Below are positions 1 through 11,425 of a stretch of DNA of 32,165 nt, in pieces. Every line of letters starts with the position of its first letter. Position 1 is the stretch's first letter. Below the pieces are notes generated by a model. The model did not search any database. It saw only the letters and a list, made by a program, of their open reading frames with translations, and was not told the DNA's origin. The DNA is from Octopus bimaculoides (lineage: Eukaryota), in contig NC_068988.1 in assembly GCF_001194135.2 (NCBI RefSeq), forward strand, positions 67,490,647-67,522,811, written 5' to 3'. The translations under genes and the position numbers were made by a program.

Positions 1-57
1 ATATATATATATATATATATATATACATACATATGTATATATATATATATATACATA
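1..57. repeat. (TA)n microsatellite
   Basis: Direct reading; a few CA/TG interruptions. Confidence 0.95.
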
Positions 58-2131
58 TATATTTCAAACATTTATTAATATGATTAATCATGGAAATATT
101 TCAAAGGCCTGTACATAATATATACATAGATTGAAATAATTATATTGCCATTAATATGCAATTGTTCACACGCTATGCAAATACTATACTTATTATCTGG
201 CAAACTGCCGACTACAATTCACCCACCCATTCAAAGATTTACTTATCACATTAGACTGAACGGGATCATTGAAATTTGGCAAAAACCTACTCATTGACGC
301 TAATCATGTCGGAAAGCTAAGTATGCTCAATTTAGTATTGCAGTGGTCCATAATTTCTTTTATGAAACGAAAAGAGCGGAATTTTAATATCTGCCGACAT
401 TTCTAAATGAAGCGTTGAACAGAAGCAAAATGCGTTTGTACCTTACAGATTCCACTATTTGGTAGAGCTGCTAGTTTCTCGTATGGTTAAACAAGCATCA
501 TCGAGATGGGTGGATTATGTATTGCATATCCATACGATATTCTTTCCAGTTTCTTGAGTGTAACAACAAGCAATCAAAATAATATAAATATCTCACTGAT
601 ATGGAACTGCAAAATTGCTTTCTCCGAAACATGAGGCCACAAATTTGAAAGTGCATGCGATAATTACTTACATAGACTCCAGTAAAACACAGTAAAACAC
701 AGTATTTATTTACGGACCAGGGAGAGCGATAAGCAAATTTCACCTCTTCGGAATTTGATCTCACAACATAAAAAATGTTGGCTAAATAATTATCTACATA
801 GCAATATTCCTATCACATAATTACTACTAGTTAGCATTTTGACGCTTGCATCTAACGTCTACATTAACTCAACTACATTCCTATATGTCAGTGTATTTCA
901 TCACTTGGTTATTTCTTGCTAGACTTTAATGCTTTCTGTATTCAATCTTTTAACACTAACTTAAGTATCTTCTATCCACCTGTATGCATGTTTTTACGTC
1001 AAGCACTCTATCTCACTACAAGTTTCTTTCTAGTTAGCTATTTAATATTCCATGTATTCTATAATGTTAACCTTAGCTTAACTATTCAGGTCTTCGTAGA
1101 TTAAATCACTGTGTTATTTGCTACTTATGCTAGTGCAAAATGCCGTGGATTAAAATTGCATTCTATTTTAAGTAAATGTACGCTATGGGTCACATAATTA
1201 ACTTGATGTTGTGATTCTGTTAAATATTGATACATTTACGACAAGCTGTAATTCTCTTAGATGTGTGGTTGCTCAGAAATATTCTTTCATTAATATGAAA
1301 GGAGAATATTTATTTACCATTTTACGATAATTACGCTATGTGTGATACTAAAATGACATTAGAACATTTTATATGACAAATATCTTGTCGATTATATTGA
1401 TCATTTTAACTGTCTCTAATTGTATCGATGTTATATTATATGTAAAGTTAAAATCGGCGACGGGATATGAACTCCAAACGCTAGCTTATATCCACACTGC
1501 TTAGCCGATTCGGACTATGCAATGTTAGTACTAAGTCCACTATCTTCATAAAGTTTATGTCAACTTCTGTCTAAAAATAAAATCATAAAACAAATATTTC
1601 TACTATTGGTGATAGCTACCATTCATGTATTATATTAGAGATTCGATAGTTTAATATAACATTAGAAATAAGAGCGAGAACACTAAATCTGTTTTAGAAA
1701 ATACAACAATGTCGATATTGTAAATCAACCCAACTAGGGTACCTCGTTCTGGTCACTTGATATACCAATCACAACAGACAGCATTTACTTGGAAGCATAA
1801 CCTAACCGCTTAGACGTGGATGGACATACTAAATGATATAGTACTCTGGGTAAAAAAAACAGGATATTCACAGTTAGACTACTTATTAGCCCAGGTTTCT
1901 TTCATTGGGTATTGCTTGTGCTAAGCAACAACAACAAGAATATTTGTAAGAACCATTGATGGAAGATGTATCAGATCTAGAAATACAGTCATATATATAT
2001 AAATGTTGGCGTGGGTTCCCATCCCGGCATCCGAAACTCGGAGTTTTATCATGGCTACCGAATAAGTGTCACATATTTTTACAGATACATACATACATAC
2101 ATACACACAGACACACACACACACACACACA

Positions 2132-2321
2132 NNNNNNNNNNNNNNNNNNNNNNNNNNNNNNNNNNNNNNNNNNNNNNNNNNNNNNNNNNNNNNNNNNNNN
2201 NNNNNNNNNNNNNNNNNNNNNNNNNNNNNNNNNNNNNNNNNNNNNNNNNNNNNNNNNNNNNNNNNNNNNNNNNNNNNNNNNNNNNNNNNNNNNNNNNNNN
2301 NNNNNNNNNNNNNNNNNNNNN
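2132..2321. other. Assembly gap (N run) between (CA)n and (TA)n
   Basis: Run of N flanked by microsatellites. Confidence 0.99.
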
Positions 2322-2607
2322 TATATATATATATATATATGCATATATACATGCATATATATACATATATATATACACCCACAGTTGTATACATATATAT
2401 ATAAAATTAATATATTCTAAATGACCTGAGATGGTGTCATAACGTGACTTTGCTTTCCTTTTCCTCTAGTCTATACTCACAGACTAGGAAGCTTACTACG
2501 GATCCGTAATTCCAGCCTCAGTTGTGAACATGGAACCCAACAGATTACCAACATTTTCACTTACGCAACGTCCCTATCGGTTTAGATCATCAGTCAACTA
2601 AACCCTG

Positions 2608-2646
<39 letters not shown>

Positions 2647-2648
<2 letters not shown>

Positions 2649-2884
2649 TCTTTAATCTCTTTTACTCTTTTAGTTGTTTCAGTCGTTGCAGTCATTTGAC
2701 TGCGGTCAGGCTGGAGCACCGCCTTTAGTCGAGTAAATCAACTCCAGGAGTTATTCTGTGTAAGCCTAGTACTTATTCTATCGATCTGTTTTGCCGAACC
2801 GCTAAGTTACGGGGACATAAACAAACCAGCATCGGTTGTCAAGCGATGTTGGGGGGACAAACACAGAGAAACAAATACATACAG

Positions 2885-2915
<31 letters not shown>

Positions 2916-3081
2916 TACGACGTGCTTCTTTCAGTTTCCGTCTACCAAATCCATTCACAAGGCTTTGGTCGGCCCGAGGCTATATTAGAAGACACATGCC
3001 CAAGGTGCCAAGCAGTGGGACTAAACCGGGAACCATGTGGCTGGTAAGCAAGTCACTTACCACACAGCCACTCCCGCGGCT
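2647..3081 (-). mobile_element. Near full-length tRNA-derived SINE, family 1 (octopus-type), with internal microsatellite
   Basis: Minus strand has an A-box-like TGGCTGTGTGG (3060-3070) and a B-box-like GGTTTAGTCCC (3017-3027), then a body, an internal (CA/TA) tract at about 2870-2915 and a 3' module ending in AAAGAG-type repeats. The same sequence recurs at 3836-4030, 4658-4749 and 28968-29339. Confidence 0.9.
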
Positions 3082-3835
3082 ATGTGTATATATATATATA
3101 TATATGTGTGTGTATGTGTGTGCGTGGGGGGGGTTTGTATGTATGTATGTATGTATGTATACAAATTACAGTATAGCGAGTTTAAAGTGGTGTACATCTG
3201 TGCCACAGATTAGCGCGTTTATTTATAATATACTATGCAAAACACAACAAATATTCACATTATGGAATGGTTTTCAAATATATCTCCTATAAGGACGCAA
3301 TTTTTTCTCCATTTCATCCTACTTAATCAGATGTTAATTGTTTCTAATAATTTTTTGATTCAGCTGTAACTGATTGTGATATAGTTTTTTTAACAATCTA
3401 TTATCGTTAGGAATATTTTTTATTGTCTGCGCTAAGACAATCCAAAAAAAAAAAGAGAAAAAAAACCCAATACACAGAAGTGTAACGCTTCTGGAGTGCC
3501 CCCTTTAATAGAGATATAGCTAATAAGATGTAAAAAAATCGTTATACTTAATATGAAATCTGCCCTTACTGGTGAATTAAGTGGATTATGTAAAAATGAT
3601 TTGGGTAGTAAATTAAAAGGTTTTAAGTGGTTTAGATCATTTAGAGTTCCTATTATGCTGCAGAGAATTAATGTGAAAACATTGTAGTTATCTAAACAAT
3701 AAGTCAAGCAACTGTATTTAGATTTTTGTTAAATGCATAAATATTTCGTGAGTAGGGAGTATACGATTTAACACTTATCGTCTGCCATGCCTCTTCTTTC
3801 AAAGTAATGCCTAATTCCAAAACAAAGGAAAAATA

Positions 3836-4041
3836 CCCTTTTACATGTTTCAGTCTTTTGACTGTGGCCATGCTGGAGCACCACCTTTTAGTCCAGCAAA
3901 TCGACCCCAGGACTTATTCTTTAGAAGCCTAGTACTTATTATATCGATCTGTTTTGCCGAACCGCTAAGTTACGGGGACATAAACAAACCAGCATCGGTT
4001 GTCAAGCGATGTTGGGGGGACAAACACACACATACAAACAT

Positions 4042-4092
<51 letters not shown>
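3836..4092 (-). mobile_element. SINE family 1, 3' module plus internal microsatellite; head lost in the gap
   Basis: Close match by eye to 2660-2870 (gactgtggccatgctggagcacc...gccgaaccgctaagttacggggac...gcgatgttggggggacaaac). Confidence 0.9.
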
Positions 4093-4624
4093 NNNNNNNN
4101 NNNNNNNNNNNNNNNNNNNNNNNNNNNNNNNNNNNNNNNNNNNNNNNNNNNNNNNNNNNNNNNNNNNNNNNNNNNNNNNNNNNNNNNNNNNNNNNNNNNN
4201 NNNNNNNNNNNNNNNNNNNNNNNNNNNNNNNNNNNNNNNNNNNNNNNNNNNNNNNNNNNNNNNNNNNNNNNNNNNNNNNNNNNNNNNNNNNNNNNNNNNN
4301 NNNNNNNNNNNNNNNNNNNNNNNNNNNNNNNNNNNNNNNNNNNNNNNNNNNNNNNNNNNNNNNNNNNNNNNNNNNNNNNNNNNNNNNNNNNNNNNNNNNN
4401 NNNNNNNNNNNNNNNNNNNNNNNNNNNNNNNNNNNNNNNNNNNNNNNNNNNNNNNNNNNNNNNNNNNNNNNNNNNNNNNNNNNNNNNNNNNNNNNNNNNN
4501 NNNNNNNNNNNNNNNNNNNNNNNNNNNNNNNNNNNNNNNNNNNNNNNNNNNNNNNNNNNNNNNNNNNNNNNNNNNNNNNNNNNNNNNNNNNNNNNNNNNN
4601 NNNNNNNNNNNNNNNNNNNNNNNN
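4093..4624. other. Assembly gap (N run)
   Basis: Run of N flanked by (TA)n. Confidence 0.99.
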
Positions 4625-4657
<33 letters not shown>

Positions 4658-4663
<6 letters not shown>

Positions 4664-4749
4664 GCTGTGTTGTAAGGAGCTTGATTCCAAACTACATGGC
4701 TCCGTGTTCAGTCTCACGGCGTGGCACCTTAGGAAAGTGTCTTCTACTA
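4658..4749 (+). mobile_element. SINE family 1 tRNA-like head, interrupted at a TA
   Basis: gtggctgtgttgtaagg...gtgttcagtctcacggcgtggcaccttaggaaagtgtcttctacta is the reverse complement of the head at 2985-3080. Confidence 0.85.
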
Positions 4750-4985
4750 CGAGGTGGTATCGAAAGGTTCCCAGACTGGTTCTGTAGCGAGCCAACAAGT
4801 GGTAGCACACGGTTACGTGCGGAATGAGATCTAGCAGTGATCTTCAGGATGCAGTGTGTCGTGTGACATTGCTGTTTTCATTTCGCAAGTTATGAAATAG
4901 GTGTTTTGTGATCACGTGTAGGCTGTATTTTGAGATTTTTGTAACGGACAGGATGTTGGGAGAAACTGTCAGACAAAAGGTCAAA
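4750..4985 (+). mobile_element. Mariner-like DNA transposon, 5' fragment
   Basis: Starts TA|cgaggtggtatcgaaaggttcccagact, a mariner-type terminal repeat (TA-CGAGGG...AAAAGTT). It is followed by decayed sequence resembling the start of a transposase. Confidence 0.6.
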
Positions 4986-6249
4986 GAAACCTGTTTATAT
5001 ATCTATATATATACTTATATAGATATATAGATAGATATATATATATATATATACAGTTGGTGGGGGGGGGGCATGTGCTTATGTGCATGTATGTTTGTGC
5101 GGATGTGTATCAAATACCATTTATGTTATATATAGTATACTATAATTTTCATCGTTCGAATAATGTATTTTCCTATTATCCGCATACGAAACCTTTCGTA
5201 ATATTATATGGCTAGATATCAGATGAAATCTACATTTGTTTCTAGCAATGAAGATTTACACGTAATAAAATAAAAATAAAAATATGTATGTAGATAAAAG
5301 GCAGTAACACATTGTCCACTTCCCTTTAGTTATGCAAGTTATACGTTTGCTTATATTCATACGCACCTTCATCTAATATATATTTTCTTCGCAAGTATTC
5401 CTATAAATATAGAGAAGCTTAAAAAAGGATTTAGAAATAGGGGATATAATCACAGTATGATGACAGATGTTACAAAGTACAGAAGGACGGTTGGCTCCCC
5501 TCCGTTGCAACGAAATGGCTATAATGTAGTAGAAAATGCTTATACTTTCACTTATTAAGATTTCGAGAATAAAAGCGATATATTCCACAAGCACAAACTC
5601 AGAAAAAGCCTTTTCCTTTGATGTGATGAAGCTAATAAAAATATATTAAAAAGAAGAACAATGAATCAATTACAAGAGGCAGTGAAGAGGCTTGGTCCAC
5701 TGGCTACACTGTTATTCGTATGCCAACATTATGCAACATATTGGTATCGTTATCTATTGATTACACTAATGTTGTATAAATTAGTATAAATATCTGAAGG
5801 AGCAATGACACCAGCTAGCTACGTTGATGAAAGTACTTTTATCATTGTATATTAGGAATGGATATCAAATCCACATATAGTTTCTTAAAAAAAAAACAAA
5901 GCACGCACATATATTTTGTCTCATTATCACCCCTCTCAATTAGCACACATGCTTATGTATGTGTGTATATGTTCGTATAAGGTTTCCATACGTACTATCA
6001 ACAATATAAGATGAAGGAGTAATTCCAATACATAATTATTACTAAAGTAGTAATCTATTTCAAGTTTCAGTGTTTATGATATCTACGATTTAAATAAATA
6101 GCAACAAACATACAAACAGAGAGAGTATTGCATTCCTTCTGTATTACTTTATTTTTTTTTTTGTGACGTCTACGATGATAGAACATTTTTAGTATTAGCT
6201 TATAGCAAAATCCTAGCTGTAGCCTCACACAGCACCCTGCCATATTTCC

Positions 6250-6250
<1 letters not shown>

Positions 6251-6296
<46 letters not shown>
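6251..6296. repeat. (AAT)n microsatellite
   Basis: Direct reading. Confidence 0.95.
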
Positions 6297-6298
<2 letters not shown>

Positions 6299-6745
6299 CA
6301 GTTATAAAAGGTATTTTTCCATCGAGCGATCTCTGGTTAAAAAGCTCTAGATGTAAATAATGCATTCATACATTTGTGAATTTAGTCTTCCATTGAAAGG
6401 ACGACTATATCATATTGTTTAAAGAACCGAAGGATTAGATGCACGATATCTCCCTTATTTAATTATATCTGCCATTATTTTCTCTCCACATTTCCAGTCA
6501 ATCAATACACTCATTAATCGGTGTAAAAGGTGTAATGTAAAAATCGATAACTTGTTGCTGCCATATTAACGCCAGTCAGGTTTCTAGATTCGAATTTGAA
6601 ACAATTGCCAGTAATTCAAATAAACAAAATTGTAACGAGGTGACAAACATCAAAGAGCTCCAACAAATTGTTTATACAAGATGTTATTAGCACATATGTT
6701 CTGAAGGTATGAGAATCATGCTTGCTCATAACTACTTTACGTTTT

Positions 6746-6792
6746 TCATGAATTCATATGAATCAAATGAGGAAATATGTAAGGTATATCAC
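6746..6792 (-). CDS. Candidate terminal coding exon of an unidentified minus-strand gene (GDIPYIFPHLIHMNS*)
   Basis: Acceptor cctctctttttcgttcag| closes a 100-nt GTGAGT...CAG intron (6892-6793), and the phase fits the upstream candidate exon. No homology recognised. Confidence 0.3.
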
Positions 6793-6892
6793 CTGAACGA
6801 AAAAGAGAGGCTCGACATGAATATTCTGTTTAGAGACATGTCTCGATCAATCTGTAACTTAACGTCTAGAAAACAAAAGCAATCCTACTCAC

Positions 6893-6957
6893 CGGGATTC
6901 CTAAACAGACTGAATAGTGACGGATATGGCGTCTGAGTATAACTATGCCCGTCTAAG
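6893..6957 (-). CDS. Candidate internal exon (LDGHSYTQTPYPSLFSLFRNP)
   Basis: Long pyrimidine tract with a CTAAT branch-like motif, acceptors TGAAG| (6958) or CTTAG| (6953), and donor CCG|GTGAGT. The frame is open. Confidence 0.4.
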
Positions 6958-7039
6958 CTTCATTACGAGAAAAACAAGAACAAAAACAAATAAAGAGCAT
7001 TAGAAACAACAGAAAGAGCAACAGGAGAACCTGCTTTTT

Positions 7040-8175
7040 TGTGCTTTGGGGATACTGGAAGGGAATCTTAGATGTATGCTTACATTGTGTGGCGCTAGCT
7101 GATAGACAACATATGTAGTGTTGCTGTTGGGTTGCTGCTCAGAAATTCTGATAAATTGATTGGCAAAATGATAGCTAAGAAGGCAGTGCTTCTCGTCGAT
7201 ACTATGGTAGATGAGGCACAAACATGTGCCATTGCAAGCATATCTATTCTCGTTAGACCCTACTTCACACGATAAATTTCAAACGGGATGTTTAAAGAGC
7301 TTGGCTTGAATGAAATTCTGATCAATTTAGATAACAAGAAAGCTTTCGATAGAGTGAATCGTTGATAGTTGACGGCTGCCAGACTTGTGGCTGGTTTAGG
7401 ACGGGTTTCCAGAAGTTGGATCGCTGACTGCAATGTAGAGCAACATATGCTTGGTGGTCAGATTAAATGGCCAGCAATTACAACTGTTCAGTATAATGCG
7501 TTCGGTTGGTAAGGGTTGGCGCCTCTCTCCACTTTAGTACATATGCCTAGGAAATACAACTGCAGAATTTGAAGGTTTTTCGAGGCATTCTTACAATACC
7601 AGAATCCAGAAAATCTGTGCTTGCATATACAGGCGGCGGGATACAGGTCCATGCAGTTCAACAGTGACTTAGGGCGCTGGATAGACGGATCGGCTAAACT
7701 GACCGGAGTAAAGAATTGGGAAGGGAAGAAGAACAAGGTGGCTACTCTCACGCAATGATGAGCCAATTGGGAACTATTCCTGAAGGGTTTGATCGACCTG
7801 GGGAATGCATATATCGAATCCGCCATTTGCTTTTTACCTCTTCGACATGTCTTGCTCTGTTTCAGAGCTGGGCTAGCCACTCTGGTTTCTGTAGAGGGAA
7901 CGACTTATCTTGCAGTTCACTTGCTATGTGCATCAATTACGTAGACAACAGGATATGTTGTGCTATGATTCAAAAACATGCGAAGTCTGCGAAATCTCCA
8001 GCATCCTTCTGACGGTGTGGGGATTAGATCTCGGTGTTTTAAATGCACTTTTCCACCTATCTTTGGCAGGGATGCAATCCTTTGTGAAGCGTTCACTGAG
8101 GCAAGGCACCTGACACCTTAAGTGCTCTCTGGATTTATGGCAGTCGGATAATACGGTAAATGGATATTCCAGCAT
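7040..8175 (+). mobile_element. Degenerate Tx1/L1-type LINE: RT fragment plus C-terminal region, internally deleted
   Basis: Decayed RT motifs: DEAQTCAI, ILINLDNKKAFDRVN, SWI, and FSIMRSVGKGWRLSPL (the QG.PLSP motif). Many stops and frameshifts; similar to 15600-15990. Confidence 0.75.
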
Positions 8176-11100
8176 AGCATTCTATTTCCCCGAAATTGCT
8201 GGCCTTATATCAAACTTTGAGATATCATCATCGTCATCATCATACGAAATATAAATTCTACTTCTCCGTCGTGAAAGTATCTCCCATTCCGTTACCGGAC
8301 ATACATATATTTATATATACGTATGCTTGTGTGTGCGTGCCTGTATATATATGTGTGTGCGTGTGTGTGTTTGTGTGTTTGTGTGGTGTACATATATATC
8401 AGTAGGAAATTCTTGAGCATATGTGAAATAGCCCAGCCACAAAGATGACCGATATAAGTGCTTATCATCCGTGTCTAACTTCGAATATATTTACTAATAT
8501 GTTTTGGACGAGTAATTATTCTGCTGATTATATCTTCTGGGAATATAATTGAATAGAACTTTTCAGCTTTGCTCCAATGATGAAAAATATAACTATAATT
8601 ATAGTGCAGTTTATAATTATTATTGCTGTTATTGATGTAGTGAAAAAGGCGAGTTTTCATTCAGTTTGGTTAGAGCGGAGTTTGACAGAAATGTTCATAA
8701 ATTGATCTATGATTTGGAATATCTTGTTAATTAGAGTAGATATTTGATATTACTCCGAGATCTATTTGATATCAATGATTGAATATTTCATTCAAATCTT
8801 ATTTTTAATTTATTTTTATCATTTGATAATGCAGTTTTCATCTGAATATCACCAATTCAGTAAATATGTAATTCAACAGTTGGAGCTTAATATCTTTGTG
8901 AATGAGGAGAAGGTTTTAATAACATTTATATGTTGAAGAAACTTCAATGAAAAACAAGTATTTTGATATTAGTCACGCATTTTTGATCTACGACATGTCT
9001 AGTTTTACACATTCGCCTATGCATTTCTTTGTTATATATACACTTGTAAACCATTCTAGATTATTAATGAGCTCGTGGCCTTCAACCGTAAAGTGACTGT
9101 AATATATTATTTCATAGCAGCTGGCTGCATATATACGATACCATTTATTTACGTTACTCTACTTGCTTTTTTACTATTAACTTCAAAGTATAAGTTAATC
9201 TTAAAATCATTAGATCTTACATAAAGACATTTTTGGCACATTATGTTTATGTGAAGTTGTGTCTATCAGTTATTAAAAGTTTGAAGAAATGTCATACAAA
9301 AGACAATGTTAAAAGTTTTGGGATTCTATTCTATTTAAACATTATACTTTGCTGAATATCAAATGTTTGTTTCGCAAGTCCTTATTCTTTATCTTTCATA
9401 CTCTGCTCGGTCACGTTTCTTATCAGTCGGATAAACGAACAAGGAAATATACAGTGTCAATATATACATAAAACGACTTTTGTTGTCAATAAAATTATTT
9501 TCGTGACAGTGTTAATCTTCTTGTATTGTTAGACAATATTTACCAAGCCAAAACACACGTACACAACAAAACCTCTTCTATTTTCTATTGAAACTATATA
9601 TTCATATTAATTTTCAGGCAATTTATTATCATCAAGTATTATTAAGATAAATCTATGCCTCTCTTTTTCAGTTGTGGTGGAGTGCTCTAACCCAATACAC
9701 TATAACAGCTCACTTCGAAAACGCTATTTCTTTCGGACGTGTTTTTCAATATGTTCTAAAAATAGCATATCAAAGTTTTCCGCTTTGAAGTTGTATTCCA
9801 TGATTGTCAGTTGTGCAATCACTAATATCGAATAATTTCCATATGTCTGTGTATGTCTGATTAATATCTATTCAAACAAAAACAGCTGTCATTTTATTTG
9901 ATAACAAACAAAACACTTCAATATTGAATTTTACATTTTACTTTTCTGCTTTCAATTATGTGAATTGCTATGAAATCTATTCATACGCTTATTATAAGTT
10001 TGGGTGGACTGTCTGTATAGTTAATCTGTTGGTAATATGACGTTGTTCCTAATATATTTCATGTAGATAACACTCGAATGGCAATTAAAAATATAAGTAG
10101 TGAAATATTTAAGTGGTGAAGAACATACGTTACCTCGATGACACGTTATCTAAAATCCTTCCAGCAATCGTAGAACACTCTACTGGGGGTGCTTTAGCCC
10201 GCTTTGACCTCGTCAAGGAAGTATAGTCTTATACTTAGCATAGTAATGATGAGATAATTAGTTCGATATTTTATAGGAGTAAGCATTAACATTTACCGTA
10301 TTTCAAAGCTTTCCCTATCAGCAATTATTAATAGACACCATCTCCATGAATAACAATAACACAGTTACTGTTGACATATTTACTGCACAATGAATAAAAA
10401 TATGAATAAAAGTTAATCTTAATTATAATTTTGAAACTTCATACATTAATTATGTTAAATATGTTAACACTAACTAACCAACATTTCTAATGAAGACAGC
10501 ATGTGAATACTTTCATTAAAAATGCCTGTTTCGTTGATGAAATCATAATAATTCAGAAAAGAAGAGGGGATTATTGTTTTACTTGCTGAAATGATAAAGA
10601 AATATTGGTTATTTATGAATATTATGTTTAATCACTTGTTAATTATTTGTAATTTTAGTTTTAATAGTTCGGCAGTAAATAAATTTATAGTGGATACTTT
10701 TAATTAACTGATATTAGGAACATCAAAATATGCCTTTATATTCATTTTTTCTTTATCTGAAAAACATGTAGGAGAGCTTTTTGTATAAAATAATTTCAAA
10801 ATTATCTGAAGTATGAAAGTATTAAAAAACGAGATTATCTTAATTAGCTGAATCAATCAATCGAAAAAGCCGCAATTAAATAATTGTTTCTAATGCGTAT
10901 GTAAAAATACTTGATGCAAAAAGGACTAATACTTATTTACAATGACTTATAAAATTTCTTCTCCATCTCTGAAATATCCAATATTGATTACAAATAATAT
11001 CAAGGGGCAGATAGGAAGATATATGCTTTAAATTTTCATCCTCACGTAGCAAGAAAGTATATAGCCTGATAAAAGCGCTTCCTTTACAATGCTAATCAAA

Positions 11101-11354
11101 TATACGAGCAGAAAGAAGTAATGATATAAATATTGAATCTACAGTCAGCCTCTCAAGAGAGCTAACGCCATATTGCCCAATTCCCATGATCGCTCATTTA
11201 TTAAAAAAAATAATTGATACAGCTATAAATAGCTGAAATATTTTGATAATTGCATTATTCCTACCTTCTGCAATATTCGTAACGTTGCTTTAAAAAATAT
11301 TTCTTCTTTCTGTTTTCTTTTCTAAGAAACTTGTATGTCTTCTTTCAGACTTAC

Positions 11355-11425
11355 CTCTGTGGAGTGGAAATGTTGATTGGTAAATAACTTCCGGTTTCAC
11401 CCGCATATGTAAAACGGTATGACAT
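11355..11425 (-). CDS. Candidate first coding exon (MSYRFTYAGETGSYLPINISTPQ)
   Basis: Strong donor GAG|GTAAGT at 11355/11354, ATG at 11425 with an upstream in-frame TAA, and a possible acceptor tatttcag| at 11583. The phase-2 end matches the 6957 acceptor. Confidence 0.3.

Noticed and set aside
447-764. ORF 498-764 and nearby splice-like sites
   Set aside because: All tested acceptor/donor combinations hit stops in the phase needed; no homology recognised.
1455-1520. tRNA-like relic on the minus strand (GAGTTCATATCC B-box-like)
   Set aside because: Too degenerate, no cloverleaf and no second copy in the window.
2580-2620. CTGATGA on the minus strand as a hammerhead, also at 13460 (+), 18242 (+) and 19633 (-)
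   Set aside because: No helix II followed by GAAA.
3570-3657. Minus-strand exon candidate (ctctgcag|...CCA|GTAAGG; IIGTLNDLNHLKPFNLLPKSFLHNPLNSP)
   Set aside because: Its phase does not follow the upstream candidate exon, and it could equally be a LINE 3' relic. Not excluded.
1921-4827. Long ORF-track entries spanning N runs, also at 23752-24885 and 26528-26878
   Set aside because: Open only because of N gaps and dinucleotide repeats (YIYI, HTHT, VCVC); no protein signal.
6763-6952. Alternative frame TGIVILRRHIRHYSVCLGIPVIYLTYFLI* resembling the pre-M1/M1 region of Cys-loop receptors
   Set aside because: It stops within the would-be TM1, and no Cys-loop, WxPD or other receptor motifs were found elsewhere in the window.
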